Positions 1-11,660 of a stretch of 64,000 bases of DNA are shown here, in pieces; the stretch's first letter is position 1, and every line of letters begins with the position of its first letter. The DNA is from Squalus acanthias (lineage: Eukaryota). The notes beneath the pieces were generated by a model, which did not search any database, was not told the DNA's origin, and saw nothing but the letters and a program-made list of their open reading frames with translations. Location of the stretch: contig CM059432.1 in assembly GCA_030390025.1 (NCBI GenBank), forward strand, positions 26,662,001-26,726,000. Reading direction: 5' to 3'. Both the position numbers and the translations under genes were made by a program.

Positions 1-1813
1 AAAGTTGGCCCATTGCAGTCAGATACGGGGGAATATATAATGGGAAATAAGGAAATGGCAGACCAACTAAATGCATACTTTGGGTCAGTCTTTACGAAGG
101 AAGACACAAAAAACCTCCCTGGGATATCGGGAAAAATAGGGACATTGGCAAAGGAGGAACTGACGCAAATCAATATCTCTAAGGATATGGTGTTAAGGAA
201 GCTAAAGGGATTGAAGGCGGACAAATCCCCAGGGCCTGATAACATGCATCCTAGGGTACTGAAGGAGGTGGCCCTAGAGATAGCGGATGCACTAAGTATG
301 ATTTTTCAGAATTCATTAGACTCGGGAACAGTGCCCATGGATTGGAGGGTAGCTAACGTTACCCCACTATTCAAAAAGGGGGGTAGGGAAAAAGCAGGTA
401 ATTACAGACCTGTAAGCCTTACATCAGTTGTGGGCAAAATGCTGGAGTCCATCATTAAGGATGAAATAGCGGAGCACTTAGCAAATGGGGACAGGATAGG
501 ACAGAGTCAACATGGATTTACAAAGGGTAAATCGTGCTTGACTAATCTATTGGAATTTTTTGAGGGAGTAACTGGTAAAATAGATGGGGGAGAGCCAGTA
601 GATGTGGTGTACCTGGACTTCCAAAAGGCCTTCGACAAGGTCCCACATAAAAGATTAGCATGGAAAATTGAAGCTCATGGGATAAAGGGGAAAGTATTGA
701 CGTGGATAGAGAACTGGCTGTCAGATAGAAAACAGAGAGTTGGAATAAACGGCTCATTTTCTGAATGGCAGGCAGTAACAAGTGGGGTACCGCAGGGATC
801 TGTCCTGGGTCCCCAGCTGTTCACAATTTACATTAATGACCTGGATCAGGGAGTCGGATGCAGCATTTCCAAATTTGCAGACGACACTAAACTAGGAGGG
901 GGGGTGGGCTCAGAGGAGGAGACCAGGAAGCTCCAGAGCGATTTGGACAGACTGGGTGATTGGGCGGATAAATGGCAGATGCACTATAATGTGGACAAGT
1001 GCGAAGTTATCCACCTTGGGTGCAGGAACGGGAGGGCAAATTATTATTTAAATGGCAATAAATTGGGAGAGGGGGAAGTACAGAGAGACCTGGGTGTTCT
1101 TGTACACCAGTCACTGAAGGCGAGCATGCAGGTGCAACAGGCGGTCAAGAAGGCAAACGGTATGCTGGCCTTCATAGCAAAAGGGTTGGAATACAGGAAC
1201 AGGGATACCTTGCTGCAGCTGTACAGGGCACTGGTGAGACCACACCTCGAGTACTGTGTACAGTTTTGGTCGCCTCATCTGAGGAAAGATGCTCTTGCCA
1301 TGGAGGGGGTGCAGCGGCGATTCACCAGGCTGATACCAGGAATGGCGGGATTGACCTATGAGGAGAGACTATGTAGTTTAGGGATGTACACACTGGAGTT
1401 TAGAAGATTGAGAGGGGACCTCATAGAAGTGTATAAAATTCTGACAGGTCTAGACAGACTAGATGCAGAAGGAATGTTTCCCTTGGCGGGTGAGAACAGA
1501 ACTAGAGGACATAATTTAAGGATAAGGGCTAAACCATTTAGGACAGAAATGAGGGGGAATTTCTTCACTCAGAGGGTGGTGAACCTGTGGAACTCATTGC
1601 CACAGAGGGCAGTGTACGCCAGCTCATTAAATATATTTAAGAGGGAATTAGATATATTTCTACAGGCAAAAGGGGTTAAGGGTTACGGAGAGAAGGCGGG
1701 GACGGGATACTGAATTGGAGGATCAGCCATGATCTCATTAAATGGCGGAGCAGGCTCGAAGGGCCGGATGGCCTACTCCTGCTCCTATCTTCTATGTATC
1801 TATGTATCTATGT
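1..1813 (+). mobile_element. CR1 LINE, 3' part (runs off window start), young copy
   Basis: RT motifs (VYLDFQKAFDKVPH, GVPQGSVLGP, KFADDTKL), CR1-type C-terminus, short 3' UTR and (TATGTATC)n tail at 1791-1813. Confidence 0.95.
13..1713 (+). CDS. CR1 ORF2 reverse transcriptase (partial, uninterrupted 566 codons)
   Basis: Frame open from the window start to TGA at 1711-1713; complete RT domain. Confidence 0.9.
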   Translation: MQSDTGEYIMGNKEMADQLNAYFGSVFTKEDTKNLPGISGKIGTLAKEELTQINISKDMVLRKLKGLKADKSPGPDNMHPRVLKEVALEIADALSMIFQNSLDSGTVPMDWRVANVTPLFKKGGREKAGNYRPVSLTSVVGKMLESIIKDEIAEHLANGDRIGQSQHGFTKGKSCLTNLLEFFEGVTGKIDGGEPVDVVYLDFQKAFDKVPHKRLAWKIEAHGIKGKVLTWIENWLSDRKQRVGINGSFSEWQAVTSGVPQGSVLGPQLFTIYINDLDQGVGCSISKFADDTKLGGGVGSEEETRKLQSDLDRLGDWADKWQMHYNVDKCEVIHLGCRNGRANYYLNGNKLGEGEVQRDLGVLVHQSLKASMQVQQAVKKANGMLAFIAKGLEYRNRDTLLQLYRALVRPHLEYCVQFWSPHLRKDALAMEGVQRRFTRLIPGMAGLTYEERLCSLGMYTLEFRRLRGDLIEVYKILTGLDRLDAEGMFPLAGENRTRGHNLRIRAKPFRTEMRGNFFTQRVVNLWNSLPQRAVYASSLNIFKRELDIFLQAKGVKGYGEKAGTGY

Positions 1814-3353
1814 CTTAAAAGAAGTGGCTGGTGAGATAGTTGATGCGTTGATTTTAATTTTCCAAAATTTCATAGATTCGGAGAAGGTTCCATTAGATTG
1901 AAAAATAGCGAATGTAACTCCTTTATTCAAAAAGGGAGACAGAAAGCAGGAAACTACAGGCCAGTTAGCTTAACATCTGTCATAGGAAAGATGTTAGAAG
2001 CTATTATTAAAGACGTTATAGCAGGGCATTTCGAAAAGTTCAAGGTAATCAGGCAGAGTCAACATGGTTTTGTGAAAGGGAAATCATGTTTAACAAATTT
2101 ATTGGGAGTCCTTTGAGGAAGTAACATGTGCTGTGGATAAAAGGGAACCGGTGGATGTACTGTACTTAGATTTCCAGAAGGCATTTGAAAAGGTGCCACA
2201 TCAAAGGTTATTGCGGAAAATAAAAGCTCATGGTGTAGGGGGTAACATATTGGCATGGAATAGAAGATTGGCTAGCTAACAGGAAACAGAGAGTAGGCAT
2301 AAATGGGTCATTTTCTGGTTGGCAAGATGTAACGAGTGGTGTGCCACAGGGATCAGTGCTGGGGCCTCAACTTTTTACAATTTATATAAATGACTTGGAT
2401 GAAGGGACTGAAGGTATGGTTGCTAAATTTGCTGATGATACAAAGATAGGTAGGAAAGTAAATTGTGAAGAGGACATAAGGAGGCTACAAAGTAATATAG
2501 ATAGGTTAAGTGAGTGGGCAAAGATCTGGCAAATGGAGTATAATGTGGGAAAATGTGAAATTGTCCATTTTGGCAGGAAAAATAAAAAAGAAGCATATTA
2601 TTTAAATGGTGAGAGATTGCAGAGCTCTGAGATGCAGAGGGATCTGGGTGTCCTAGTGCACGAATCACAAAAGGTTAGTATGCAGGCACAGCAAGTAATT
2701 AGGAAAGCTAATAGAATGTTATCATTTATTGCAAGGGGAATTGAATACAAAAGTAGGGAGGTTATGCTTCAGTTATACAGGGCATTGGTGAGACCACATG
2801 TGGAGTACTGTGTACAGTATTGGTCTCCTTATGTAAGGAAGGATGTAAATGCATTGGAAGCAGTTCAGAGAAGGTTTACTAGACTAATACCTGGAATGGG
2901 CGGTTTGTCTTATGAGGAAAGGTTGGATAGGCTAGGCTTGTATCCGCTGGAGTTTAGAAGAGTAAGAGGTGACTTGATTGAAACATATAAGATCCTGAGG
3001 GATTTTGACAGGGTGGATGTGGAGAGGACGTTTCCTCTTGTAGGAGAATCTAGAACTAGGGGTCACTGTTTAAAAATAAGGGGTCGCCCATTTAAGACAG
3101 AGATGAGGGGAAATTTTTTCTCACAGAGGGTCATGAGTCTTTGGAACTCTCTTCCTCAGAGGACGGTGGAAGCAGAGTCTTTGAATATTTTTAAGGCAGA
3201 GGTCGATAGATTCTTGATAAGCAAGGGGGTGAAAGGTTATCGGGGGTAGGCGGGAATGTGGAGTAATCGGATCAGCCATGATCTTATTGAATGGCGGAGC
3301 AGGCTCGAGGGGCCGAGTGGCCTACTCCTGCTCCTAATTCGTATGTTTGTATT
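1814..3353 (+). mobile_element. CR1 LINE 3' fragment, frameshifted RT
   Basis: ORFs 1898-2116 and 2341-3249 carry RT motifs; CR1 3' UTR; abuts the tail of the younger copy. Confidence 0.93.
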
Positions 3354-4068
3354 TAGGTGTACTGGTACAGGAAACACAGAAAGTTAGCATGCAGGTACAG
3401 GAAGCAATTAGGAAGGCAAATGGCATGTTGGCCTTTATTGCAAGGGGGTTGGAGTACAAGAGTAAGGAAGTTTACTATAATTGTACAGGGCTTTGGTGAG
3501 ACCACACCTGTAGTACAGCACACAGTTTTAGTCTCCTTAGCTGAGGAAGGACATATTTGCCTTAGAGGTGGTGCAATGAAGATTCACTGGACTGATTCCT
3601 GGGATGAGAGGATTGTCCTATGAGGAGAGATTGAGTAGATTGGGTCTATACACTCTGGAGTTTAGAAGAATGAGATGTGATCTCATTGAAACATATAAGA
3701 TTTTGAGGGGGATTGACAGGGTAGATGCTGAAAGGTTGTTTCCCCTGGCTGGAGAGACTAGAACAAGGGCGCATAGTTTCAGGATAAGTGTTCGGCCATT
3801 TAAGACTGAAATGAGGAGGAATTTCTTCACTCAGAGGGTTGTGAATCTTTGGAATTCTCTACCCCAAAGGGCTGTGGATGCTGAATCGTTGAGTATATTC
3901 AAGGCTGAGATAGATAGATTTTTGGACTCTAGGGGAATCAAGGGATATGGAGATCAGGCAGGAAAGTGGCGTTGAGGTCAAAGATCAGCCATGATCTTAT
4001 TGAATGGCAGAGGAGGCTCGAGGGACCGTGTGGCCTACTCCTGCTTCTAATTCTTATTATCTTATGTT
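3354..4068 (+). mobile_element. CR1 LINE 5'-truncated 3' end
   Basis: ORF 3604-3975 is the CR1 ORF2 C-terminus (RRNFFTQRVVNLWNSLP); 3' UTR with TTCTTAT tail. Confidence 0.92.
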
Positions 4069-4599
4069 TTCAAGGATGGTAGGAAGACAAGCCATAACCA
4101 GAGAGCCTGAACCTACACACACCAACGTACTCTTCTTCGGAACCTCAAAACTTCTTCTATCCCACTTTGTTCCTTCCTATCCTGTACAACCTTTAAAAAA
4201 AAACTTAACATTATTCAATCACTACTTCCAGATTGATCTTATTTTCTCTTTTCAACCTTATTTTAGCCCTTCATCTTGATTTCTCAACCAAAGTATGCTC
4301 TCACACACTTGTTGTCAGCCAATAGTGCGAGAAGAATGGGAGTGGAGAATGGGCCACACCTAGAAAATTTATGGAGCGCAAATTATTAACTGCATATTGG
4401 GCAAAAAAAATCCAGAGAAGATCGTGCAAGCAATGGTCATAATGAAGAGTTAAAGAAGAGTGAATTCAGCTGTAGACTGAACTGATCAAGACAAATTGAC
4501 CTCTTTGTGCCCATTCTTGGGTCGATTTTGTCCATGGAAAATTGAATCCTGTTCAAATCAGGTCCAGATAAGAGAGAAATCTTTTGTTACAGCAGCTTT

Positions 4600-5010
4600 C
4601 TTGGAGTAGGAGTAATTCAATGAACCAGGTTTGATCAATGTTATGGCAGGAAGAAATACAAAGGAGTGTACAAGCATAGCAATACTATCAGCTATCCTAC
4701 ATTGAGCGATGTACAGTTTGTGGAGGAGTCCAAAGCTAGATGTCATAAATATAAAATAGTCACTAATAAATCCAATAAGGAATTCAGGAACTCCTTCTTT
4801 ATCAGAGAGTGGTTCGAATGTGGAAATCACTATCACATGGAGCCGTAGAGGCGAATAGCATAGATGCATTTAAGGGGAATCTAAATAAGTACATGAGGGA
4901 GAAAGGAATAGATGGATATGCTGACAGGATTAGATGAAGTAGGGACGAGGCTCATAGGGGGCATAAACATAGACCAGTTGGGCCAAATGGCCTGTTCTGT
5001 GCTGTAAGTA
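4600..5010 (+). mobile_element. Old degenerate CR1 3' end
   Basis: KEFRNSFFIR-like C-terminal motif and 3' UTR 'gaccagttgggccaaatggcctgttctgtgctgta'. Confidence 0.7.
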
Positions 5011-5203
5011 CTATACAATTCAGTGTAATACTATCAAAAGTTGTCAGCTCTTTTAAAGATCTTTAATCAATGGTTTTTCTGTGCAACATTTAAAGATAGC
5101 TGGCTCTGCAGAAACCCATTGCCCTTTCATCTAAACAATCACTCACCCAAATCTCTCTGGTAAGGCCTGGTTTACATATTTCATGCTCTAACAGAAATAA
5201 ACA

Positions 5204-5420
5204 GTGAGAAGTCGCACAACACCAGGTTATAGTCCAACAGTTTTATTTGAAATCACAAGCTTTCGAAGCGCTGCTCCTTCATCAGGTGACGAAGGAGCAG
5301 CGCTTCGAAAGCTTGTGATTTCAAATAAAACTGTTGGACTATAACCTGGTGTTGTGCGACTTCTCACATTTGTCCACCCCAGTCCAACACCGGCATCTCC
5401 ACATCATGGCTATCATCAGT
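5204..5420. mobile_element. Penelope-like element terminus as inverted repeat (hairpin 5204-5367) plus 3' extension
   Basis: Both arms match the ends of the GIY-YIG element at 58190-59866; TSD AATAAACAG at 5196-5204 and 5421-5429. Confidence 0.9.
5253..5289 (-). ncRNA. Minimal type I hammerhead ribozyme motif (Penelope-associated)
   Basis: Minus strand TCAC CTGATGA A GGAGC AGC GCTTC GAAA GC TT GTGA: core boxes, stem II, stem I. Confidence 0.75.
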
Positions 5421-5779
5421 AATAAACAGCACACTATAAGACAAATTTTGACCAATTATTATCAGAAACTAATCAGCAATAATATTTACCAGAATGTATA
5501 AATAAGGGAATTTGTTGGCGCAAATGTTTTAGTGCTCAGTTTTTTCAAAACTGCATTTTAATCTAGCGCAGAAAATCTTCTCACTCTGCGAGTTGTATTG
5601 GTCTTCTGTGAAATTTGTATGTGCCAGTCTCAATCCAGTGTTTCACGGTTGTGCATCGATTAAACTTCCCCTCTTTTGGCATTATTTGGCATTCACTTGG
5701 AAGTCTCACTCAGAAAGGCTGCATTGACAGTTCATTTTGGAATTAAAACTTCTGTAGCAAGGCATGGACTTCTGACAAA

Positions 5780-6210
5780 AAGAACAATTTGTATTTAAAT
5801 AGCACCTTCAGCAGAAAAATGTCCTAAGGCACTTCAAAGAAGCAAAAGGAAAAATGGACGCCAAGCCAAAGAAGAATAAGAGAGGTGACCAAAAGTTTGG
5901 TCAAAACCATAGGTATGAAAGATGGTGTTAAAGTAAGAGAGGGAGTGGGAGGCAGAGGGATTTAGGGAAGGAATTCTAGAGCAGAGGACCGAGGAGGCTG
6001 ATTGCACAGCTGCCAATTGTAAGGCAAAAGGAGGGTAGGATGCACAAGAGGCCAGAGTCAGAGGAACAGACAGGGGGTGGGCGGTGGTGGGGGGGGTGGG
6101 GGGGGGGGGGAGGGCGGGGGTTAGTGTAGGGTTGGAAGATGGGGCAAGGCCAAGAACGGATTTAAACATGAGGATGAGAATTTTAAGCTTGAGGTGTTAG
6201 GGTACTGGTT
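5780..6210 (-). mobile_element. L2-like LINE 3' end, degenerate
   Basis: Similar to the L2 tail at 20088-20768; minus strand ends ggtgctatttaaatacaaattgtt. Confidence 0.7.
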
Positions 6211-6652
6211 GTAAAATTAAGTCTTGGACTACTCTGGCAAACAGCGAACAAATACACAATGAACTAAATGGCCTCCTTATTATAAAATTCTGGGGAAGAA
6301 ATTCGGTATCGTCCTGTTTGGGGCGCTATTATTGCTCGTGGGTCAAGTTTAGCGCCCGGCGCTAATTATCGCCTCCGACTGCAAACTTGGCTTCTATCGC
6401 CCCTGGAGGTGATTTGAGCGCTAAATCAGGTGCTACACACCTGTCTTAAGGCGCTAACGTCGAGGAGCGAGGCGCTACCTCAGAGCGTGGGCGACGCTCA
6501 GGTGATGTCAGTTAGCAATGGAACACAGACAGACTGGCGCCGGCCAGTTCTTAAAGGGGAGGGTCCATGTTGCTGTCCAGCCACAACATGCTCATTGCAG
6601 CCTTTAAACTCGGCTTGGAGAGACCTGTAAATCAATTGTGCTGGAACCACCA

Positions 6653-8518
6653 ATGGATAGGCCCAGGGAAAGAGCTCAGCGCTTCAGCGACTGGGCCTTG
6701 GTGGCTCTGGTTGGTGCTGTGGAGCGGTGACGGGCAGTGTTCTACCCACACAGTGGCAGGAGGCCATTGCCCCGTGAATACAGAAGAGTCTGGAGGGAGG
6801 TGGCTCAGCACGTCTCCTCGAGGAGCCTGGTGTCGAGGACCCACATCCAATGTCGTAAGAAGTTCCATGACCTCACTTGGGTGGTCAGGGTGAGTGGCTG
6901 CTTTTCAATACCTCGACATCCCTCCATCTCAACTTCACTCTGTGCCCAGAGGGTTTAAAAACCCCAAATTCCCAACACTCATCCAAGAACTATGGCCATC
7001 TCATAAAACACACACGCACATTCCACACCTTGCATACATTAAGGGCTATTCAGCTATGGGAGGCACATCAGCCAAGCACATGGCTGCATACATTAAGGGC
7101 TATTCAAGTATTGGAGACACATCAGGCAAGCACATGGCTGCATACATTAAGGGCTATTCGACTATGGGAGGCACATCAGGCAAGCACATGGCTGCACATT
7201 CACTCAGATGCTGTCCTTTTTCTTGCAGGCCAAGCTATCTCATAACAGGCGGCAGCAGCAACGCATGGGAGGAGGACCGGCTGACCTACACACCCTCACC
7301 GATTTGGAGGCGTGTGTGCACAGGATCGTTGCCAGCCAGGTCATAGGTGCCATGGCCGCTGGAGAGGTCGACCCCCTTGGGGACAGCAATGGTATGTTCA
7401 TCAGCTTTCTCTCCTCTCTCATTCCACTTGCCCCTCACAACACCAGCCTTTTATACTTTCAATCCAACTTACTAAATGTCTCCAGTCCTTGCTCCCTTAC
7501 TGCCCCCCTGTCCTGACACTAAAGCCACTCTTGTACCTCCCTGCTTTCAGATAGTGAACCACCAGCTGACCAGCCTGTCCTTCAACCTACCAGTGGCAGC
7601 GACAGCACAGGCGAGGAGGAAGAGGAAGCCGGAGCCTCACTGCCTGCATCACCCGAGGGAGCCCATTCTGACACTGGGACCACGCCTTCCTTGGAGGGGA
7701 GCAGGGGGGTAGGGTCTGATGAGGGTGAAGCTCTGGGACCCAGCGGGCTGCAGCAATGCCATGGGGGTAGGGAAGCTCGGGGGCCAGCTCCCCGGAGGAC
7801 GAGTAGGCAAGCGAGTCCTGCTGCACAGGACTCAGAGGAGGACAGCGTCATTGCGGCCATGAATAGCCAGGCCCTGAGCATGCACACTGAGCTCATGGGT
7901 GCAATGGCAAGGATGCCCAAAAGCATGGATGGACTGGCTAGGAGTGTGGCGCAGTCTGCTGCAGCACAGACCGACACAACACAATGGCTTAGTGCTGCAA
8001 TTAAGTCATTGGCTGGTGCCATCCAGTCTCAGACGGCTCTCATGCAGTCTCAGATTGATGTCACGCAAGCATTGACTGCTGCATTCCTCGCTGGGTTGGC
8101 CACATTGCCCCAGGGCTCTCACAGTACCGCAGCAGGCCAGCAATCTGTGCTCGAGCAGATTGCTCTGGATGCTGAGGTACTGCCCCGTGGGAGTGCCAAT
8201 GTGTCGGTTGAGCAGGAAGGTGCTGTCCTCTCTCAGGATGACAGCATTCCTGCTCCCACCACTGGCACTTTCCCATTGCACTTGCCACAGCCTGCAACAC
8301 AGCCAGCCCAGACTGCTGCCGCCCATGCAGAGTTGGTGCAGTCTGCAGCCGGGGCCTCCAGGCCCAGAGCTGGTCGAGGGCGTCCTTCAAGGGCATCTGT
8401 AGTCTCAGGTTCTGACAATCAGCAGCCTTCCACCAGCCTTGCTGCAGCCACTGGGGCCACATTATGGAGGAGCAGTAGGAAAGGGGGGAAGTGCGCAAGG
8501 GATGGAGATCACCCTTGA
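6653..8518 (+). pseudogene. Harbinger Myb/SANT-like DNA-binding protein, exons 6653-6889, 7229-7391, 7551-8518
   Basis: RFSDWAL...VWREVA...RTHIQCRKKFHDL trihelix motif; GT-AG introns of phase 0 and 1; spliced frame of 455 codons with one in-frame TGA at 6728-6730. Confidence 0.85.
7031..7200 (+). repeat. 54-bp tandem repeat, 3 copies plus partial, in intron 1 of the Myb gene
   Basis: Units start at 7031, 7085, 7139 (TGCATACATTAAGGGCTATTC...). Confidence 0.9.
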
Positions 8519-8844
8519 AGGGCAAACAGTAGGAGGTCTAAATAAATGGTGGGAATGTTTGTAGTAAAGGTCGAGGTTCGTGTGATTACATTTGTTTACT
8601 GTTTTGCCGTTTATCTCCATCTTGTGAGAACCAGTTCTGTTAGTTCATGATTTGTTGTGTTTGTTTCTAATTGTTTGTCCTGAATAAATGACACATACAG
8701 AGTTTGTTAAAGAAAAAAGTTTTTGTATTCAATATGTACATGTTTGGCCTTTGGAATCATTGCTGCCTTGGCTGGCTATAGGGGCTGCGGGTTGCTTTCC
8801 ATGATGTTGTTCTCCATGCCAGAAGCCATCTCCTGAGTAGGGGC

Positions 8845-11660
8845 CTAGAAGCGGCTTATCAGCTGTTCACGGACGGCCCTTGCACTGACAACATTGTGGG
8901 CCTCCCTCCCACGTTAGTGCTGCTGCTGATCCTCCTCCTCATCCTCCTCCTCCTCTTCCTCCTCCTCCTCCTCAGGTGGTGCACCAGTCCCTAGTGGCAT
9001 TGGCTGGGTCCTCAGGATTGCCAGGTTGTGAAGCATGCAGCACACAACTATGAACAGGGAGACTCGCTCAGGAGAGTACTTCAGGGCTCCTCCTGAGTGG
9101 TCCAGAGAGCGGAACCGTTTCTTCAGCACGCCGATCGTCTGCTCAATTATGTTCCTGGTGGTGATATGGCTCTCATTATACCGCAGCTCGGCAGGGGTAT
9201 TGGGGTTACGGAGCGGTGTCATCAGCCAGGTGCAGAGTGGATAACCCTTGTCCCCGAGGAGCCATCCACTTGGGTGATGCGGCGCCTGGAAAAGGTCTGG
9301 CGCACCAGTCTGGAGCTGGATGAAAGCATCATGGCTGCTGCCAGGATAGCGGGCATTGACAGCGAGTATGAGCTGTGTGTGGTCACAGACCAACTGCACA
9401 TTTAAGGAGTGGAACCCGTTGCGGTTTCGGAATACCTCTGCATTTTCATGCGGTGCCCGCAATGCCACATGCGTGCAGTCAATGACGCCCGCTATCCTAG
9501 CAAAGCCACATGCGCGTTCATGCTGTTTGGCCTGTAAGGGGTTCTTGTCGTGCTTGTGTCACAGACGGTGCTGGTGCGAGGTTAGGCCTTCGTTGCCTAA
9601 TACTATTGCTTGCTCTGGTCTCCGGCCAGCCTTGTTGCAATAAGCACCTGTGAGTGGTTCGACCCACTCGCCCTTACGGTTCTAACACTGGACTTAGGTG
9701 CGAGAGCAGTAATGCAGAGAAAAACTCAAATAGACCCGGTTGAATAGTACGAAATGGAAAATCTTTATTACATAGCGTCCAAGATAATGAAGTACATGTC
9801 ATAGGCGCAAATTAATGAGAGTACAAGTATACATACATTCATAAAGCTTGGTCTATGGTAATGAAGAACGCACGGCACATCGTAAAAAGGGGAACACATT
9901 ATACTTTATCCTTAATAAAACCACCCTCCCCTATCAATACCTACACTACATCTAGATTTGTAGGATCGGGAAACATGCTCACCACTCGTGATACTTCGGA
10001 GAATTTTAAAGTGAGGCACTCGGCTCGTTCGCTGCAGCGCCTGACTGTCACGTGTTTGGAGGGGTCTCTGTACCCCACTTGTTTATCTTCGCTGCTGCGA
10101 CAAGCAGGCTGGGCTCCCCGTTGTCATGAAGAACTCGACAGAACTCGGGCCCGGTTGTAGAACTCAAAGAAAAGTCTTCCTGTACTGACACCAGTTGTCG
10201 GTAGAATTCAATGAAGAGTCTTCCTATGGTGATGAAGTCGATGGACCTAAACCAGTTCGTGCAATAACCCGTAGAATTCAAGAAATGAGTTCTATGTTTT
10301 CGGGCGCGGTCGGGGTTTACTGACCGCGGCGGCACGTGGATTCTTCTTCTTTTCTTGTCATTTCGTCTTGTCTTGTTGGGCCTTCGGATCCAGACATCGT
10401 TTACCGACTCTCGGGATGGTGCACCCGGTCACTTGCCCTTGTCGAGGCGGCTCGTTCCGTTTGAGCTCCACCCAACATTCAAATAACCGACCAGTACGGC
10501 TAAAAGTCATGAGTCAACAAAGTCCAGAGAAACACAGAAGGCTGCTCGTCCAGCAGAGCGATACCCGAGGATCAGAATAAGAGAATAAGAGAGCGATGGA
10601 CATTTGTTCTCTATAGTTATAGTGCTGTGTCCCCTTATCTCCCGCTCAAATCTTAATGTTTGTCCTTTGTATAATATTGCCGCTCAAAACTCCCAGCATG
10701 GGGCGATTCTTTCCTTAACGGGTTTCGGTAGCACCTGAAACTGGCCAACTACCCGTTAATGTTTTCCCCATTGTTGAACCGGCTAGGAGCCTCCCTGGCT
10801 GGGTTTTTGGGGGCCCCCGAATGCTTGCTTAATCACCCGTCGATGTCTCTCTCATTGTAGAGCCGTGGGGGTATTTGTGTACTGATGTGTCTGGATGGGC
10901 CTTCGATTGCCCAGTACAATGGTCCTTACTTGTGCATGGACAACGATTCCAGCACTTATATCTTTTGCTATTGTTTCGAATGCAAACAGGTTGCATCCTG
11001 TCTTTATCAGTGTTTATCGAGTATGATCCCGTCTTATATTGAAATGTTTATTCGAACGCCATCTTGTCTGCCCACTGTGATTCTGGAAGCTTCTGCCACG
11101 ATGCGCGGTGGCCATTTTACAGGCTTCTGTGTCCTTTATATCATGACAGCATTTTGTTTAATAAAACTGATCAAACGAACCTGCTTCTATCTTGTTATTT
11201 TGAATCGCGATAATTGCGAAACTTTACAGGCCCGGGTCATGGGGAAAGAGATGTACTGGTGTCTCCTTTTATACAGGGCATTTGTCACCTCCCGGATACA
11301 ACAATGGACAGCGAACTGGGAGATATTGGCGATGTCCCCAGTAGAAGCTTAAAAGGAACTGCTGGCATAAAAATTCAGAGCCACTGTGACCTTCGCTGCC
11401 ACCGACAGAGACGTCCTGGTCCTCAGTAGAGGCTGCAGATCTGGTTGCAGCAGGTGGCAGAGTTCAGTGACCACCTCCTTGCTGAAGCGCAGCCTGCGCA
11501 AACACTGCTCCTCAGACAAATGAAGGCATGAGAACTGCTCCCTGAATACCCTCGGAGGGTAAGGTCTCCTGTGCAGAGGCCTGTTGGCCCTCCTCCCTCT
11601 GGCCATGTTTGCCACTCTCTCTCTGCGTCTCTGCTGCCTCCGATTCTGCAGGTGCAGGAC
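8845..11660 (-). pseudogene. Harbinger DDE transposase split by a solo LTR
   Basis: [43 protein letters not shown]; poly-Glu C-terminus; premature stops. Confidence 0.92.
9533..11228 (-). mobile_element. Solo LTR (1696 bp) of an LTR retroelement or ERV
   Basis: TGTAAG...CTTTACA termini; TSD GGCC at 9529-9532 and 11229-11232; minus-strand AATAAA at 9764-9769 and TATA-like ACTATAACTATA near 10612-10623. Confidence 0.85.

Noticed and set aside
6070..6122. G-run with G-quadruplex potential
   Set aside because: Low-complexity expansion inside a decayed L2 with no sign of function; homopolymer length is also error-prone.
7031..7200. CRISPR-like repeat array
   Set aside because: Head-to-tail units without unique spacers, eukaryotic intron context, no cas genes.
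10885..11352. 155-aa plus-strand ORF as a novel gene
   Set aside because: Crosses the LTR boundary into antisense transposase; a chance chimera.
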